A program made the position numbers and the translations under genes. From positions 1 through 28,382 of the forward strand of contig SUPR01000042.1 in NCBI GenBank assembly GCA_005191425.1: a DNA stretch of 28,382 bases, written 5' to 3'. This document shows positions 28,254 to 28,382 of this stretch, piece by piece. The notes beneath the pieces are model-generated. The model was not told where the DNA came from and made no database searches. It saw only the letters and a program-made list of their open reading frames with translations. The stretch's first letter is position 1, and each line of letters starts with the position of its first letter. The DNA comes from Candidatus Helarchaeota ASGARD archaeon Hel_GB_B (GTDB lineage Archaea; Asgardarchaeota; Lokiarchaeia; Helarchaeales; HEL-GB-B).

Positions 28254-28328
28254 AACACGTTTCAAGGGGCTACCTTGATATCTGGTTTAACCTGAAACTT
28301 TTTATTAAACCATCATCTAATTCGTGTT
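28254..28328 (-). ncRNA. Structured cis-RNA element, candidate eukaryote-like SECIS (AUGA...GA core) inside a multi-helix junction
   Basis: Minus strand reads AACACG-AATTAG-ATGA-TGGTTTAA-[TAAAAAGTTTCAGG]-TTAAACCA-GA-TA-TCAAGG-[TAGCC]-CCTTGA-AA-CGTGTT. It contains three perfect helices (6, 8 and 6 bp), with ATGA/GA flanking the 8-bp stem. Confidence 0.55.
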
Positions 28329-28344
28329 TTCTTTTTGACTAAAT

Positions 28345-28382
28345 TTATCCTCATCCAGATGGAATAGATGCGTGAAAAATAT
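28345..28382 (-). CDS. 3' end of a gene entering from outside the window; candidate selenoprotein ending ...IFHASIPSG-U-G
   Basis: ATT TTT CAC GCA TCT ATT CCA TCT GGA TGA(28353-28351) GGA TAA(28347-28345). This frame has A/T-ending codons like the rest of the window, unlike the other two frames. A SECIS-like hairpin follows. Confidence 0.45.

Noticed and set aside
28254-28328. Alternative readings of the hairpin cluster as a fluoride riboswitch, an IS200/IS605 end or a CRISPR repeat
   Set aside because: The fluoride-riboswitch consensus is not matched, no transposase or tnpB is visible, and there is no second repeat copy.
1-28382. tRNA, rRNA, CRISPR arrays, integrases or transposases
   Set aside because: I saw no GC-rich cloverleaf or rRNA-like segment, no regularly spaced repeats and no recombinase motifs.

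Overview
Very AT-rich archaeal DNA (roughly 27-30% GC by eye, not computed) with GGTGAT/GAGGT Shine-Dalgarno motifs and frequent TTG starts. The gene content is most consistent with an Asgard archaeon of the Loki/Hel type (inference): IPG[F/L]-TM-basic C-terminal sorting tails, a longin-like protein, mfnEF and a methanogenesis-marker-9 domain. The window holds about 25 CDSs. Left arm: acyl-CoA metabolism (acetoacetate-CoA ligase, a Cys-less thiolase-fold protein with its DUF35 partner, a long-chain acyl-CoA ligase), hydrolases and surface proteins. Middle: AMP phosphorylase with a marker-9 domain gene, then a divergent pair of a longin + E2/UEV-like protein and a 41-residue-repeat coiled coil ending in a four-helix domain reminiscent of Vps28-CTD. 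Right arm: a minus-strand operon (MSMEG_0570-like, GT4, atypical fold-III PLP decarboxylase, mfnF, mfnE) and sfsA. The strongest unannotated signal is at the right edge on the minus strand. A reading frame ends ...H-A-S-I-P-S-G-TGA-G-TAA and is followed about 30 nt later by an AUGA-stem-A-rich loop-stem-GA hairpin, which suggests a selenoprotein with penultimate Sec and a eukaryote-like SECIS. I found no tRNA, rRNA, CRISPR array or intact mobile element. All family calls come from motif recognition, not database searches.
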